A stretch of DNA of 64,000 bases from NCBI GenBank assembly GCA_964016885.1, contig OZ024748.1, forward strand, positions 21,762,001-21,826,000, written 5' to 3'. This document shows, one piece after another, positions 11,639-23,799 of the stretch. Position 1 is the stretch's first letter. Every line of letters starts with the position of its first letter. The stretch is from Eledone cirrhosa. Taxonomy: Eukaryota. The translations under genes and the position numbers were made by a program. The notes below the pieces were generated by a model that worked only from the letters and a program-made list of their open reading frames with translations, made no database searches and had not been told where the DNA came from.

Positions 11639-11844
11639 CCCTTTAGCATTTACATTACTCTATATTTACTATTATATTTTCACAATAAAGGCTTTACTTT
11701 ACATAATAATCTCACATAATATCGAATCTATGAGATTTTGATATTATTTATTTTGAGAACAATATCTTAACATCACAATGAGTGGCCAGTTACAGCTGGT
11801 TTGAACAGAAAGAGGTGAGAGAATTCTGTTTAAATGCTAAAGGG
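11639..11844. mobile_element. TTAA-flanked piggyBac-type MITE in the ATG12 3' region
   Basis: TTAA|ccctttagcattta ... taaatgctaaaggg|TTAA; related copies at 13325-13482 and 61660-61878. Confidence 0.8.
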
Positions 11845-12186
11845 TTAAATAACTGATGAATATTTCACTGTATAAAAAGAGAGGACCATATCCTTTAATA
11901 AGCGGTGATAAAGAAATACATCATACTCTTTTTTGTAAAAATTATTGTAAATATATTTGTTCTATAATCACCGATGATTTCGTAATATTTAACGTATTGA
12001 AAAATAAACCTAATTTATTTATTTTTATTATTTGTTTACATTTCAATTCAGATTTTTTTAAAAAAATATTTACATTCAGGACAGGTTTGTAAGATGTCAT
12101 AATTTGTCTTAACTGCCTCCCTTCCTCCTCCTCAACATCGTTCAACGTCCATTTTTTCACGCTAGTATGGGTTAGACATGTATGTG

Positions 12187-12211
<25 letters not shown>

Positions 12212-12220
<9 letters not shown>

Positions 12221-12890
12221 AGTATGTTACTTGATGCTTTTGAAAGTAAGGAAGAGCAAGTAGAAACATACAATATAGAGGAGCAGTGGGAATTCCTGAA
12301 TGATAACCTACTGAAGGCAACAAATGAAATCTGTGATTGGAGCAGGCCTCTAGGGAGAATGAGAGTGACTTGGTGGTGGAACAGTAAGGTGGAGGAGACA
12401 TTTAAGGCCAAAAGGTGGGCATGGAAAGAATGATGGGATGGAGGAAGTAGAGAACACTACCAGGTGGCTAAGAGTGAAGCTAAGCAACTAGTGTACTTTG
12501 CAAGAAGGGAAGCAGAAGATAAAAAATTTAAGCATGTGCTCCAACGCAAAGACCAATCGTTTAAGGTGTTCAGTTTTGCGAGACAATTTATCAGGGAAAA
12601 TTGTGATATTGTTGGGGAGAGGTGTGTCTGCAGTGATAACAAAGTTCTAGTATGGACGTGCCAATATGAAAGACTACTAGATGAGGAGAATGAATGGGAT
12701 AAAGATAGTGTGCCCCACGTTGACCCAACAGAGGGACTGGCTGTGCAATTTAGTAGTAGTATAGTAAATAAGGCAATCAAAGATATGAAGACAGCTGGAC
12801 GTTTGGGAATAATTGCTGAAATGCTGAAAGCATCTGGGATCTTGGGACACACCATAGTCACCCATAGAGGAAACCAAGTAATACAAAATG
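12212..12890 (+). mobile_element. Internal fragment of the RTE LINE family seen at 25.9-29.3 kb
   Basis: LLDAFESKEEQ...VTWWWNSKVEE...FKHVLQRKDQ...AEMLKASG, collinear with 26755-27480. Confidence 0.9.
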
Positions 12891-13298
12891 GCTATATTCA
12901 GCTGATTCAAGTTTATTTAAAACTCCATTATACATATTTCACCGAGTACTATCAGTTATGATAGCCTAAGCTCTTCAGACAGCAAAACCTAAAATATACA
13001 TTGAAAGTTCCTAAGAAACCTTTAAATTTGGAAAAATCCAATAATTTCCCTAAAAAAGGATTTTCTTTTCATTATACAAGGGGCCACCCAAACGTTCCTT
13101 CATATAGATATATATATGTATATTGTAGCATCCAACATTCAGATGTACAAACCAAAATGGAAACCTCTATGTGGTTGTTAGAGCAGCTAAATCTCACTTA
13201 TATCACACACTACCATATCAAAATAAGGAAGTACACATTGAATAATGTAGTCCAATGTAGACTAAGAAAGAGGATAAACATGGCTGAGTACCCTAGGT

Positions 13299-13898
13299 CA
13301 GAGGTCCCCAACCACCGGGTATCTTCACAGTAAACACTTTATCTCACATAATATTGAATCTATGGGATTTTGATATCATCTATTTTGAGAACAATACCTT
13401 AATGTCAGTATCAATGACTGGTTATGGCCAGTTTGAACAGAAAGAGGTGAGAGAATTCTGGCTGGATACGGCTGGTTTAAACAACATGGAGGCACATGGC
13501 TTAGTTGTTAGAGCATTGGCCTTGCAATCAAAAGGTTGTGAGTTCAATTCTCAGACCGGGTGATGTGTTGTTTCCTTGAACAAGACACTTTATTTCACAT
13601 TGCTCCAGTTTACTCAGCTGTAGAAATGAGATGATAGGGACTGGGGTCCCTATCATTCCACTGCAAAGTGGTCGTGAAGGTGCCACGGAAAAAAGCACCC
13701 AGCACTCCCTGTAAAATGAGGTTGGTGTTAGGAAGGGCATTCAGCTGTAGAAATCAAGCCAGAATCAGTTCCCGTCCCACCCTTGCAAGCAGGGATAAGC
13801 GGACGTAAAATGATGATGATGATATGTGCAACTACTGGTCTGCGGAAAGATTGTTCGGCATAAAGCCGGTCCGTGGTATAATAGGTTGGAGACCACTG
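13299..13898. mobile_element. hAT-type MITE with a nested MITE fragment and SINE
   Basis: TIRs cagaggtccccaacc / ggttggagaccactg; 8-bp TSD ccctaggt / ccataggt. Confidence 0.7.
13488..13823 (+). mobile_element. tRNA-derived SINE with RTE-like 3' tail
   Basis: A-box tggcttagttg, B-box gagttcaattc, CORE-like middle, ggaagggcattcagc...ggacgtaaaa(tga)n tail; copies at 49008-49403 (-), 19555-19845 (+, 3' part) and 32190-32315 (-, head). Confidence 0.8.
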
Positions 13899-14022
13899 CC
13901 ATAGGTCATAGGTCTACTCAATGAAAACGTACTCAGGGCTAAACAACAACAATATTCAAACATATGATGGTGATATATTGGCTATAATAAATAAAACTGA
14001 TAAAAGTGAATGAAAAGATATC

Positions 14023-14028
14023 TTTATT
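14023..14028 (-). promoter_or_regulatory. Candidate poly(A) signal (AATAAA) of CFAP52
   Basis: AATAAA on the minus strand about 100 nt after the stop codon; AT-rich context, so may be chance. Confidence 0.4.
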
Positions 14029-14128
14029 GAACTAATAACATCTTGTACAAATACTTCTCATTGATTATTCATCTTTAACAACAGCAGCAGCAACAACAAC
14101 AATATTTCATTTAGCTTGTGTTATAGTC

Positions 14129-14299
14129 TTAAGTATTACTTGCAGGTTCAGTGATGAAAGGGCAAGACCAGCGAAGAATTGCTCCTTCTGCGCCAACACT
14201 GATAATAAATGACTGATCTGGACTTATCTTCACTCTCTTCACACTCCCTCCATGACCAATACCTATGTGTGTAACAATACCTTCTTCATATAACCACAC
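14129..14299 (-). CDS. CFAP52: CFAP52 terminal coding exon (VWLYEEGIVTHIGIGHGGSVKRVKISPDQSFIISVGAEGAILRWSCPFITEPASNT*)
   Basis: tttcag acceptor; last WD repeat ending GAILRW; TAA stop. Confidence 0.95.
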   Translation of the reverse strand: MWLYEEGIVTHIGIGHGGSVKRVKISPDQSFIISVGAEGAILRWSCPFITEPASNT

Positions 14300-15355
14300 C
14301 TGAAATTCAATAACAGTGATAGTGAAAATTATGATGATTTCTAATTTAGGCACAAGGCCAGCAATTTGTGGGGATGGAGAAAGTCGATTATACCAACCCC
14401 AGTACTTCACTGGTACTTTATTTTATTGACTGACTATCAACTGTGAAGGGATGAAGGGCAAAGTTGAGAGCAGCGGTATTTGAACTCAGAACCTAAAGAG
14501 TCAGAACAAATGATATAAAACATTTTGTCCAACACTGCCAATTCCTACCTTTAATAGTGATGATAATAATAAAGTGCTGGGCCATAAATTTGGAGAAAGA
14601 GGGCTGATATAGTTAATTATATTGATACTGGTAGTTGATTGGTAGGGCCCCTGACAAGTGTTAGTCAAAGCAGAACAAGATTGCAGTATGGAAGGGTACA
14701 ATGATCATTTTAAGGCCATTTTCCCTAAATAAAGCAGGGGTAAGCCTTCCAAACCCCATAACAGGCTTCACATTCATCAAGAGGGTCCTTTTTTTTTTAG
14801 GTTGGATCCCCTTTTAGTTGCCTTTTAAGATATATGGTGAAAATCCTCAAACAATTCAGGATAGCTGAAAAGTGTTTTGAAGAAAGAGAGCTATCAGATA
14901 TTCAACTCTCCCATGCCTCTTATAGGCCCTGATGATTGGTACTTATTTTATGCTAGAAATAGCAGCCAAATTTCACCATATTATTTTGAAAAGAAGGAAG
15001 GAGACACTGAATTATGTGGTCCTAGATACACAATGTCCAAGTAATCAATATTAGACTTAGAAGCCTTAATAGGACTCCACTCCAATTTTATGATTGGCAG
15101 ATGACTGTTGAGTTCATATACCACCCCCTCTCTGTTATTGACAAATATTTTGTTTTACTTTTTGTCCTGTCAGGGTGGTCATCCATCTTCTACACACTAG
15201 AGTAGTGTTCCTAGTATAGTTGGCAATGACCATGGTATATGTAAATCTGGTTTACATGATGATTTTCAGTGAGCGATTCATTTGATCTAAGTTGACACTG
15301 ATAGAGAGATGACAAAAAGTTTCAAAAGAAGTGAGCAGATGTCACAGAAACGTAC

Positions 15356-15593
15356 CCTAATAAGATGATCACCTCCGCCGGTTATGAAATATCTACCATC
15401 TTTGGAAATATCCATTGCATTAACTGAACCAGATTTAGCAGCTTCTAGCTCCCGAATCTGGGTGCCATCGGTCACCTCCCAATAACCAACATTCCGGTCA
15501 GTTCCACTAGTGATGATCTGGCAGTTATCTGGGAAGATACATGCACACTGGAACAGAGTGTTGGCAAAAATGACTGCATCACGCTGGAAATTT
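15356..15593 (-). CDS. CFAP52: CFAP52 exon (NFQRDAVIFANTLFQCACIFPDNCQIITSGTDRNVGYWEVTDGTQIRELE...GGGDHLIR)
   Basis: ttctag acceptor, gtacgt donor; ANTLFQC and QIITSGTDR motifs. Confidence 0.95.
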
Positions 15594-15889
15594 CTAGAAG
15601 ATAATAGAAACAAAAATAGAAAAATATTATCAAAGAAATGAGCACATCATCACCATCATCATGTTTTTTACATTGAATTTTCCATTTTGGCATGATTGTA
15701 TGTGTCTTTTTGAGGCAATATTTTACAGCCATATGTCCTTCCTGGCACCAACCGTTTTAGTTGCTTTTTGCAACACACAAAGATACAATGAACCTATTCT
15801 AAACCAGATACGTTATGGGTCGAAATGATGGCCCTGATGTTATACAAGGTAGATGTTACTTTTCAGACAGTAGCCTTCTCTGTAGTGTT

Positions 15890-16060
15890 TGTGCTGTTGT
15901 TAGGAGGGTTGTTTTCGGGGATTCCTTGTAAAGTGTTGTTTCCCAGGATTTTCTGGGTGAATTTTTCCAAGTCCTTCAACCACAACTGATATCGCTTCGA
16001 TGGGCATCTCCCATCTTTTGGAGATCTCAGCCTCGAGGTCTTTATATTTTAGACAGTTTT
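15890..16060 (-). mobile_element. 3' fragment of an R4/Dong-type (restriction-like endonuclease) LINE
   Basis: KYKDLEAEISKRWEMPIEAISVVVEGLG resembles the RLE-LINE C-terminal motif KYxDLxxEIxRxW...IPVVIGALG. Confidence 0.65.
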
Positions 16061-16666
16061 TCTGTGAACTTGTTATACTAATGATTTCTACTTTAGACAC
16101 AAGGCCAGTAATTTGAAGGGGGAGGGGAAAGTTGATTAAATCAACCCCAGTACGTTACTGGTGCTTTATTTTATCGACCTCGTAAGGATGAAAAACAAAG
16201 TTAACCTCGGCGGGATTTGAACTCAGACCGTAAAGGGCCGCAACTCTATGCAGCAAAGCATAGTGTCCGACTCTCTACCAACACTGCCAATCCACCACCC
16301 TTAACTTGTTATACTAATAGTAACAATTGTTTCTACCTTTGGCACAAGGCCAACAAATATAACTGGGATAATTGTTGGCATTGTGCCAAAAGTAATAAGG
16401 GTTTCTGATTGCAGTACAAGGCCAACAATTTGTGGAGAGGGAAAAATCAATTACATTGACCCCCAGTACATAACTAGTACTGTATTTTATCGACCCTGGA
16501 AGGATGAAAGGCAAAGCTAATATCAGTGGGATTTGAACTCAGAACATAAAGGGTCGTAACCATATACTACAAAGCATTTTGTCCATGTTCTACCAATACT
16601 GCAAATCTGCCGCCCTCTAATTAAATAGAAATAATAATTATTATCGTTATTATTATTTAGACTTAG

Positions 16667-16860
16667 GGCGGTGGATTGGCAGTATCGGTAGAGGGTCGGA
16701 CGCCATGCTTTCCAGCATAGTTACGTCCCTTTACGATCTGAGTTCAAATCCCGCCGAGGTTGACTTTGCCTTTCATCCTTACGGGGTCGATAAAATAAAG
16801 TACCAGTAATGCACTGGGTAATTGCTGGCCTTGTGCCTTAAGTAGAAACAATTATTATTT
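16667..16860 (+). mobile_element. Second tRNA-derived SINE family (representative copy)
   Basis: B-box gagttcaaatcc; conserved gcctttcatccttacggggtcgataaaataaagtaccag core; ggccttgtgcc..tagaaacaattatt tail. Other copies near 7775-7945, 10510-10610, 14340-14545, 16085-16300, 16405-16615, 17420-17600, 24840-25130, 25220-25370, 31150-31285 and 52470-52645. Confidence 0.85.
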
Positions 16861-17646
16861 CGACTTGAATTATTTCTGAAAATAGAGCCTTCAACTTTTA
16901 ATGTGGGTGGCTTTCTTTGGATATTCACTTTAAACAAAAACAATGATTGTTATATTAAAATAAAAAAGTAGAAACAATTATATTAGAGTGTACCAGTCAC
17001 GCACTGGGGTCGATTTAATCGACTTTCCCCTCCCCTTAAATTATTGGCCTTGTGTCTGTAATATGGATGTAGGAATGTCAATTGTCTTATTAGGGTGGTA
17101 TGTGGGAATTGGGTGTATTTATTATTCTCTCTCTCTCTCTCATACACACACCCTGAGAACTACATTAAGGGTACGTGTGTCTGTGGAATGCTTGACCACT
17201 TGTATGTTCATTTCATGGGCAAGCAGTTCTGTTGTTCAAACAACTAGAACACTTCCTGTCGGAACTAACAGAGGTCCAACATACAGCAACATATATATGT
17301 CAATGTGAATAAATATCCAATACACGACACCGTATATATGTCAGGATGTGAATAAATATCCAATACACGACACCATATATATGTAAAAATGTGTATAAAT
17401 ATCCATATCTTATTTTAGTAGATTAGCAGTATCGGTAGAGAGTCGGACACCATGCCTTGCAGCATAGAGTTACGGCCCTTTACGGTCTGAGTCCAAATCC
17501 CACCGAAGTTAACTTTGCCTTTCATCCTTACGGATATAAAATAAAGTACCAGTAATGCACTGGGGGTAATTGCTGGCCTTGTGCCAAAAGTAGAAACAAG
17601 TATTTTAGTTGGGTACTTAGTTCCCTTTGTCAAAACGTTTACTTAC

Positions 17647-17968
17647 TCGAGGTTCCAAATGATACATGTACCGTCAGTACTAACTGACACACACTGTATA
17701 CCATTGGGGAAGAGTTTTATTTGTGTCACACACCCTTTGTGTTCCTTCATTGATTCAACAAGAGAAGTCTTAAAGATGTCCTTTTTGAATGTGTTTCCTA
17801 TTTCAATTTGCCACACCCTCACTTGGCCTTCAGCTCCACCACTGATGATACGATCAGACGTAATATTGAATGCTATAGAAGTTACGCCACGGTTATGAGC
17901 ATTTTCAATTTGGTACATCAGCTTACCCGTCTCTGGATAATGGGCCCGTATCCTTCCATCATTCCACG
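17647..17968 (-). CDS. CFAP52: CFAP52 exon (AWNDGRIRAHYPETGKLMYQIENAHNRGVT...STDGTCIIWNLE)
   Basis: ggcag acceptor, gtaagt donor; AWNDG.IRA..PETG and STDGTCIIW motifs. Confidence 0.95.
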
Positions 17969-18049
17969 CTGCCAATGACATATCAGAAATATTATCAAAT
18001 AAAACTGAATTTAATATTTTCATTTGAGGATTATTTTTTTAAAATCAAA

Positions 18050-18272
18050 TATTATATGTGAGTAAAGTTATATAGAACAGCAGTACTATATGTGAGTAAA
18101 GTTATATAGTACAGCAGTACTATATGTGTATGTTATATAGAACAGCAATACTATATGTGTATGTTATATAGAACAGCAATACTATATGTGTATGTTATAT
18201 AGAACAGCAGTACTATATGTGTATGTTATATAGAACAGCAGTACTATATGTGTATGTTATATAGAACAGCAA
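18050..18272. repeat. ~31-bp minisatellite (actatatgtgtatgttatatagaacagca[g/a]t), ~7 copies
   Basis: Direct reading. Confidence 0.9.
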
Positions 18273-19008
18273 GCCTTGTAAATGAAATTGGGACAGAAAC
18301 TATTTGGAAGCCTATCAAATAAACAGTACCTGTAATTCAAAAGCCAGTCTTGTCACTCACTGATTCTCCCTGAGAATTTACATTAAGGGTACATGTGCCC
18401 GCAAGATACTTTCACGATCAGGCTGCTCCATTGATCAAACAACTGGAACACTCATCGTTGGAACCAACGGGGGCCCATTTGACATAAGCTGATGGGGTAG
18501 ACGGTGACGAAGATATAGATGACAGCTAATTGGGGTGGTGGTTTTTGGTATGTATGTATGGACCCATAACTCCAGTTGGATGTGTAGGGGCACTGTACTG
18601 ATATACAGCCTTTCTTGGGCATTTTAAACCTGGTGGAGACCATCTCTTCTACAGGTCTGAACACAGCTGATTTCTTCAAGAAAAGAAGAGAGTGAGAATG
18701 AGATGTAGAGGAAGAACTGACCCCAGGGCTGGACTGTTATTTGTTGGAATGACCTTGAAAGGATTAAAGACAATGTTGACCTCAAGAGAGTCAGAATGAA
18801 TACTGCAAAGCATTCTATCCAATGTTCTAACGAGTCTACCATTTCTCCAAGAAGAAGATTAATAACAGTGTGCGGTATTGTTATTGGAAATGATGATGAT
18901 GATAGTGGGTTTTGAAGGGGAGGGCTAATGATTCTTTAAACCAGCAGTAGTAATAAACACAGCCAAGAAACAGTTGTGAAAAACTGGTTAAAAATGATTC
19001 TTCCATAC

Positions 19009-19157
19009 CACTAACTATGACAGATCCATCACGAGAAATATCCAGTGCATTACAAATCATATTGGCAACGGTGATTCGTAACATTTCTTTCTCTGAAGAA
19101 GCATGCCAGACTCGAATTTCTTCCTTTCCACAAGTTAAAAATAGATCTGATGTCTCA
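19009..19157 (-). CDS. CFAP52: CFAP52 exon (ETSDLFLTCGKEEIRVWHASSEKEMLRITVANMICNALDISRDGSVIVS)
   Basis: caacag acceptor, gtatgg donor; IRVWH..LRITV.NM.C WD repeat. Confidence 0.93.
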
Positions 19158-20172
19158 CTGTTGGTGGAAAGAAAGATAAAATAAATAAAAGGACATCCAC
19201 TAAAAAAAGAAACATCTTTATTTCTCAAACAATCAAATATTGCTTTTGATAAACATATAAAAAGAATTGAATTGAAGGTTTGGAGCAAGAATTACAAGGT
19301 TTTGGAATAGAGAAAGTCTCCCTTCTACAGAATTATTGGAGAAAGGCCCAACTCGAGTTTTATTTTAGAACAGATAAAAGAGAGTGAAAGGTAATTAAAG
19401 CACAGATAAACAGATGAAATTGTAAATTAACCCTTTCATTACCATATCTCTAATTATGTCATTAACCCTTTCATTACCATATTTCTAATTATGTCATTAA
19501 CCCTGTCATTACCATATTTCTAATTATGAAGCATATAGACAATATGCCCCCACACCCTCCCACTGCAAAGTGGTCGTGGAGGTGCCACGGCAAAAAAGCA
19601 CCCAACCCACACTGTAAAGTGGACGTGTAGGCGCCACGGAAAAAAAAAGCACCCAGCACTCACTGTAAATGAGGTTGGTGTTAGGAAGGGCATCCAGCTG
19701 TAGAAATCAAGCCAGAATCAGTTCCCGTATGAGCAAGACAAGGTCAGCCGACCGGACACTGCCCACAACAGGACAACCTGTCTAACCCATGCTAGCGTGG
19801 AAGAACGGACGTAAAACGCTGATGATGATGATGATGATGATGATGTCTACGTCATTAACCCTTTCATTACCATATTTCTAATGTCTTTAACCCACTCATT
19901 ACCATATTTCTAATGTCTTTAACCCATTCATTACCATATTTCTATCAAAGACACTACCTATAATGTTCAAATAATTTTGAAAATAATCAAGAATCTGGAG
20001 GGATTTGGTAATATAATTCAACTTTATCATTGTCAAGCTAATGTTTGGACCATAACTTTACAAAGGTTCTTAAATAAAATTATTATGGAAGATTTTTTTT
20101 TTAGATAAATATAACTTTAAAATCTCTAGAGTGTTATATCGTAAAAGGTCAAAACGGTCAACAAATACTTAC

Positions 20173-20285
20173 AATGGAAATATAATATCATTAACTGATG
20201 AAGAATGTCCTGTGTTGAGTAAAATGCAGGAAAACTCAGAAAAATTAAACCTGTAAATGTTAGAAGATGCTGTCCCAACAAAAAA
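20173..20285 (-). CDS. CFAP52: CFAP52 exon (FFVGTASSNIYRFNFSEFSCILLNTGHSSSVNDIIFP)
   Basis: tttcag acceptor, gtaagt donor, phase consistent. Confidence 0.92.
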
Positions 20286-20629
20286 CTGAAATACAAAGAA
20301 AATAAAGCTGGAGATATTGCTCAACTTATTGACTTGTTTCTATTACATTTAGGATGTCCCTACTATATGTGGGTGTGTATGTCTCTGTACAAGTATGTAT
20401 ATATATATATGAGTGTATGTGTGTCGATGTAAAAGTATGTGCATGTGGTATATATATATATATGTGTGTGTGTGTGTTAGTCCTGGGTTCAATCGGGAGT
20501 AACCGCAGTTAGTAAGTTACTCAATACTTTAGTAGGGTGTAAACAACAAGTTTAATATAGAAATGGCTTCTACAGGATTAGAACTGTTTCATTCAAAAGA
20601 AATTATCAGGCTTTCCTGATGATTTAATA

Positions 20630-21658
20630 TAATGATATAATGAAATTATTGTGTAAAGTGCTCAGGTGCACTACAACTCATCAAAGGTGCATGTATAGTA
20701 CATAGAATAATACACAAATGTCAGGGAAGTGAATAGTGTATGAGTCATGATATACATGTATGTATGTGTATGGAGGGGGGAACATTAGGTGTAGTGTTGG
20801 CGAATCTCGACAGCTAACAACCGATGCAGGTAGTTTGTTCCATGCTTCAGCAACTCTGAGCGTGAAAAATGGTTTCCGAAAGTCATGGGAACTGTGCTGT
20901 TTTCTGATTTTGTGGGCATGCCTACGTGTGTTAGACACATGGAAATCAAAAAGGTACTCAGGGTTGTTGTTGGCAAGATGGTTAACAATTTTGTGGGTGT
21001 TTACCAAGTCAGTTGCCAGGCGTTGGAGCTTCAATGTATCCATGCCCAGGGAAGCAAGGCGTTCAGAGTATGGTAGATGCCTGATGGAGGGTATTCGCAT
21101 GGTTGCACGTCTCTGAACAGTTTCCAGGCGGTCAATGTTCTGAGCAAGATAGGGGTTCCAGACTAGTGATGCAAATTCTAAGTGTGGCCGCACCATAGCC
21201 ATGTACAGCCTTAAATAGATAGCTGGACAGCGGCTGACAAAGGTCTTGCTGAGTGATGTTAAGACACCCTCGGCCCTCTTGACAATTTTAGAGACGTACT
21301 TCGTCCATCGCAAATCGCTGCTGACCGCAACGCCCAGGTCATGTTCACAAGAAGAGTTCTTGATATTAGTGCTGTGGAGGGAGTATGTGGACGCTGGGTT
21401 TTTACTCCCAAAATGCATGGTGGTGCACTTGTCCACAGCTAGCTTGAGTTGCCAGTCTGAGATCCATTGTTGCATTGTATCCAGGTCAGACTGCAAGCAA
21501 GATCTATAGTGTTCAGGATCTGTCCTTTTTATCTCAAGGTACAGCTTGATGTCATCTGCGTACTTTAGTACTGTGGCATTCCTTAAGTTGGCATCTATGT
21601 CATTAATATATGCCACAAACAAAAGGGGGCCAAGAACAGATCCCTGTGGTACACCAGT
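20630..21658 (-). mobile_element. 5'-truncated CR1-clade LINE (RT C-terminal half plus 3' UTR)
   Basis: GVPQGSVLGPLLFVAYIND..KYADDIKLY..VRPHLEFASLVWNPY..FFTLRVAEAWNKLP, an open frame of more than 300 aa. Confidence 0.93.
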
Positions 21659-22615
21659 ATTAAACTAGTATTAAACATTTCTTTTGAATGAAGCAATTCT
21701 AGTCCTGTACAAGCCATTTCTGTATTAAACTTGATATATATATATATATATATATATATGCAAAAATCAAACAGAAATAACAAAGCAAATGACACAATAT
21801 ATTATTAGTTTTATGCTTGATATAGTAGGAAAATAATCTTAACGTTTTAGATGCTAGTCCTACATCAGAAGATAGAATGAGGAATTAAAAACGAAATAAA
21901 AGATTGAGGAAGTGAGCAGGGCAGAAATGGAAAAAAAATTTTAGAGAAAAATTACAGGTCCATTCATGTTGCTATCTCATTACATAGAGCCGGGGCTCAA
22001 CGACTGAGCTCTTGTCATTTCAACAGGTGGAACTATCTGTCAAAATATCAAGAGCTCAGTTGTCAGGCCCTAACTCTTTATAATATAGTCATACTCAACT
22101 ATCCCAAGTATCAATCATGAATTATGGTCTAACTAGTTTAATACTGGTTTAATTCTTGATGTGTATGCATGTGTGTGTGTGTGTCTGTGTCTGTGTGCAA
22201 GTATGTGTATTAAACTTTATTTATACTAAATATGCTCTTTTGCAATAGACTGAGCATTGTTTTCCTTCGCCTTTTATCTATGAATATCCCACATACATGT
22301 GTGTGTGAGTGTGTGTCTGTATGTGTGTAATACTAATATTTTAATGTGGGCCGACTCTCAATGTTTGATTGATCAACACAAGGCTATAGGTCTGTGACCA
22401 GCTGCAGCAAGCCACTATAATTCTGTCAACTGTTGCTGCTGCTACTACTATCACCACCCTCCCCACCTAAATATCTCTGAGACAGCTATTTTATATATAT
22501 ATATATATATATAATAAGCAATACATATAAAATATGTATTGATAGTGTTTCTCAGAAAAACTCAATAAACTTTTGTTTAGAGCATCCATAATATAAAATA
22601 ATTTTAAACTATATA

Positions 22616-23016
22616 TCATCATCATCATCAACGTTTAACGTCCGTGTTCCACGCTTGCATGGGTTTGGACGGGGGTAGTCCCACTTGAGGCAAGAGTGAT
22701 TGTCTTGCTCGCATAGGACTGTCTGGCAGGTTTTCTACAGTTGGATGCCCTTCCTAACACCAACCACATTTACAGTGTGGGTCTGGGAGGTTTTTACCGT
22801 GTTGCCTACACGGCCACATTACAGCGTGGACTGTGTGTTTTTTTGTCGTGACACCTACACGATCTCATTTGTTTCGGCCTCGATGGCGCGGCACCAACAT
22901 AACTTTACATAGAACGGGGTGGTGTGGATGGGGGGGGGGGGGGGGGGGGTGTATTTTGTTAGAGATGCCTACTGGCTGGAGTAGGTTTTACTATATATTT
23001 AGGTAAGGCGGGTCTT

Positions 23017-23021
<5 letters not shown>
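22616..23021 (-). mobile_element. 5'-truncated RTE LINE 3' end, inverted relative to 28955-29353
   Basis: Near-identical reverse complement of the RTE 3' UTR, with a (gat)n tail. Confidence 0.9.
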
Positions 23022-23103
<82 letters not shown>

Positions 23104-23106
<3 letters not shown>

Positions 23107-23728
23107 AATTGAGAAACTAACCAGGCTTTAATACATATATACATATAGAAACAAATACAATTTAAGGTGTTAAATAAAAAACATTACTCACCTAAAATTA
23201 AATTATTTCTGCTTTTAATTTCTCTAAATTAGCTTTGAGCTGACTGAAGTGGATTTGCCTGGAGCTCTTTCTAGCACTCCTTAAGGCTTGTTCCGTTTGC
23301 CTGCCCTTCTCTCTATAACTCTCTATATATTTCTATATATATTTCGTTATAATTTAAATCATGTGGAAAATATTTATTTAAATATCTTCCCCAGAGGGTA
23401 GAGACTAGGCTTTTAATACAGAGCAAGATATATATGCATTTTAGCAGAGACTTAAACATACTGACAAAGAGAACCATGGTTTTAATTGAGTCTTTGCCAT
23501 AATCGATGCTTGGTGATCGATACTAATCATTGTAATCGATGGTGAATTTTCAATTCTTTTTGGTCCTCAGAAACAGATCTGTCTATGATTGGATAGTCAT
23601 ATTTGGAAGCACAGCCATTTAGGTATAAGTTATTCATTATGTGATTAATGCTTTTCATTTAACACTTTAAATTATATTTGTTTCTATATGTATATATGTA
23701 TTAAAGCCTGGTTAGTTTCTCAATTGAT
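23104..23728. mobile_element. Element with ~85-bp terminal inverted repeats between microsatellites
   Basis: atcaattgagaaactaaccaggctttaatacatatatacatatagaaacaaata ... reverse complement at about 23646-23728. Confidence 0.75.
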
Positions 23729-23799
23729 ATATATATATATATATATTTTTTAAAATTATTTTATATATATATATAATTAGAATTTAGTTTCAAACATAG

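Noticed and set aside
13488-13560. tRNA gene
   Set aside because: A/B boxes are present but continue into a SINE body and tail, and there is no convincing cloverleaf.
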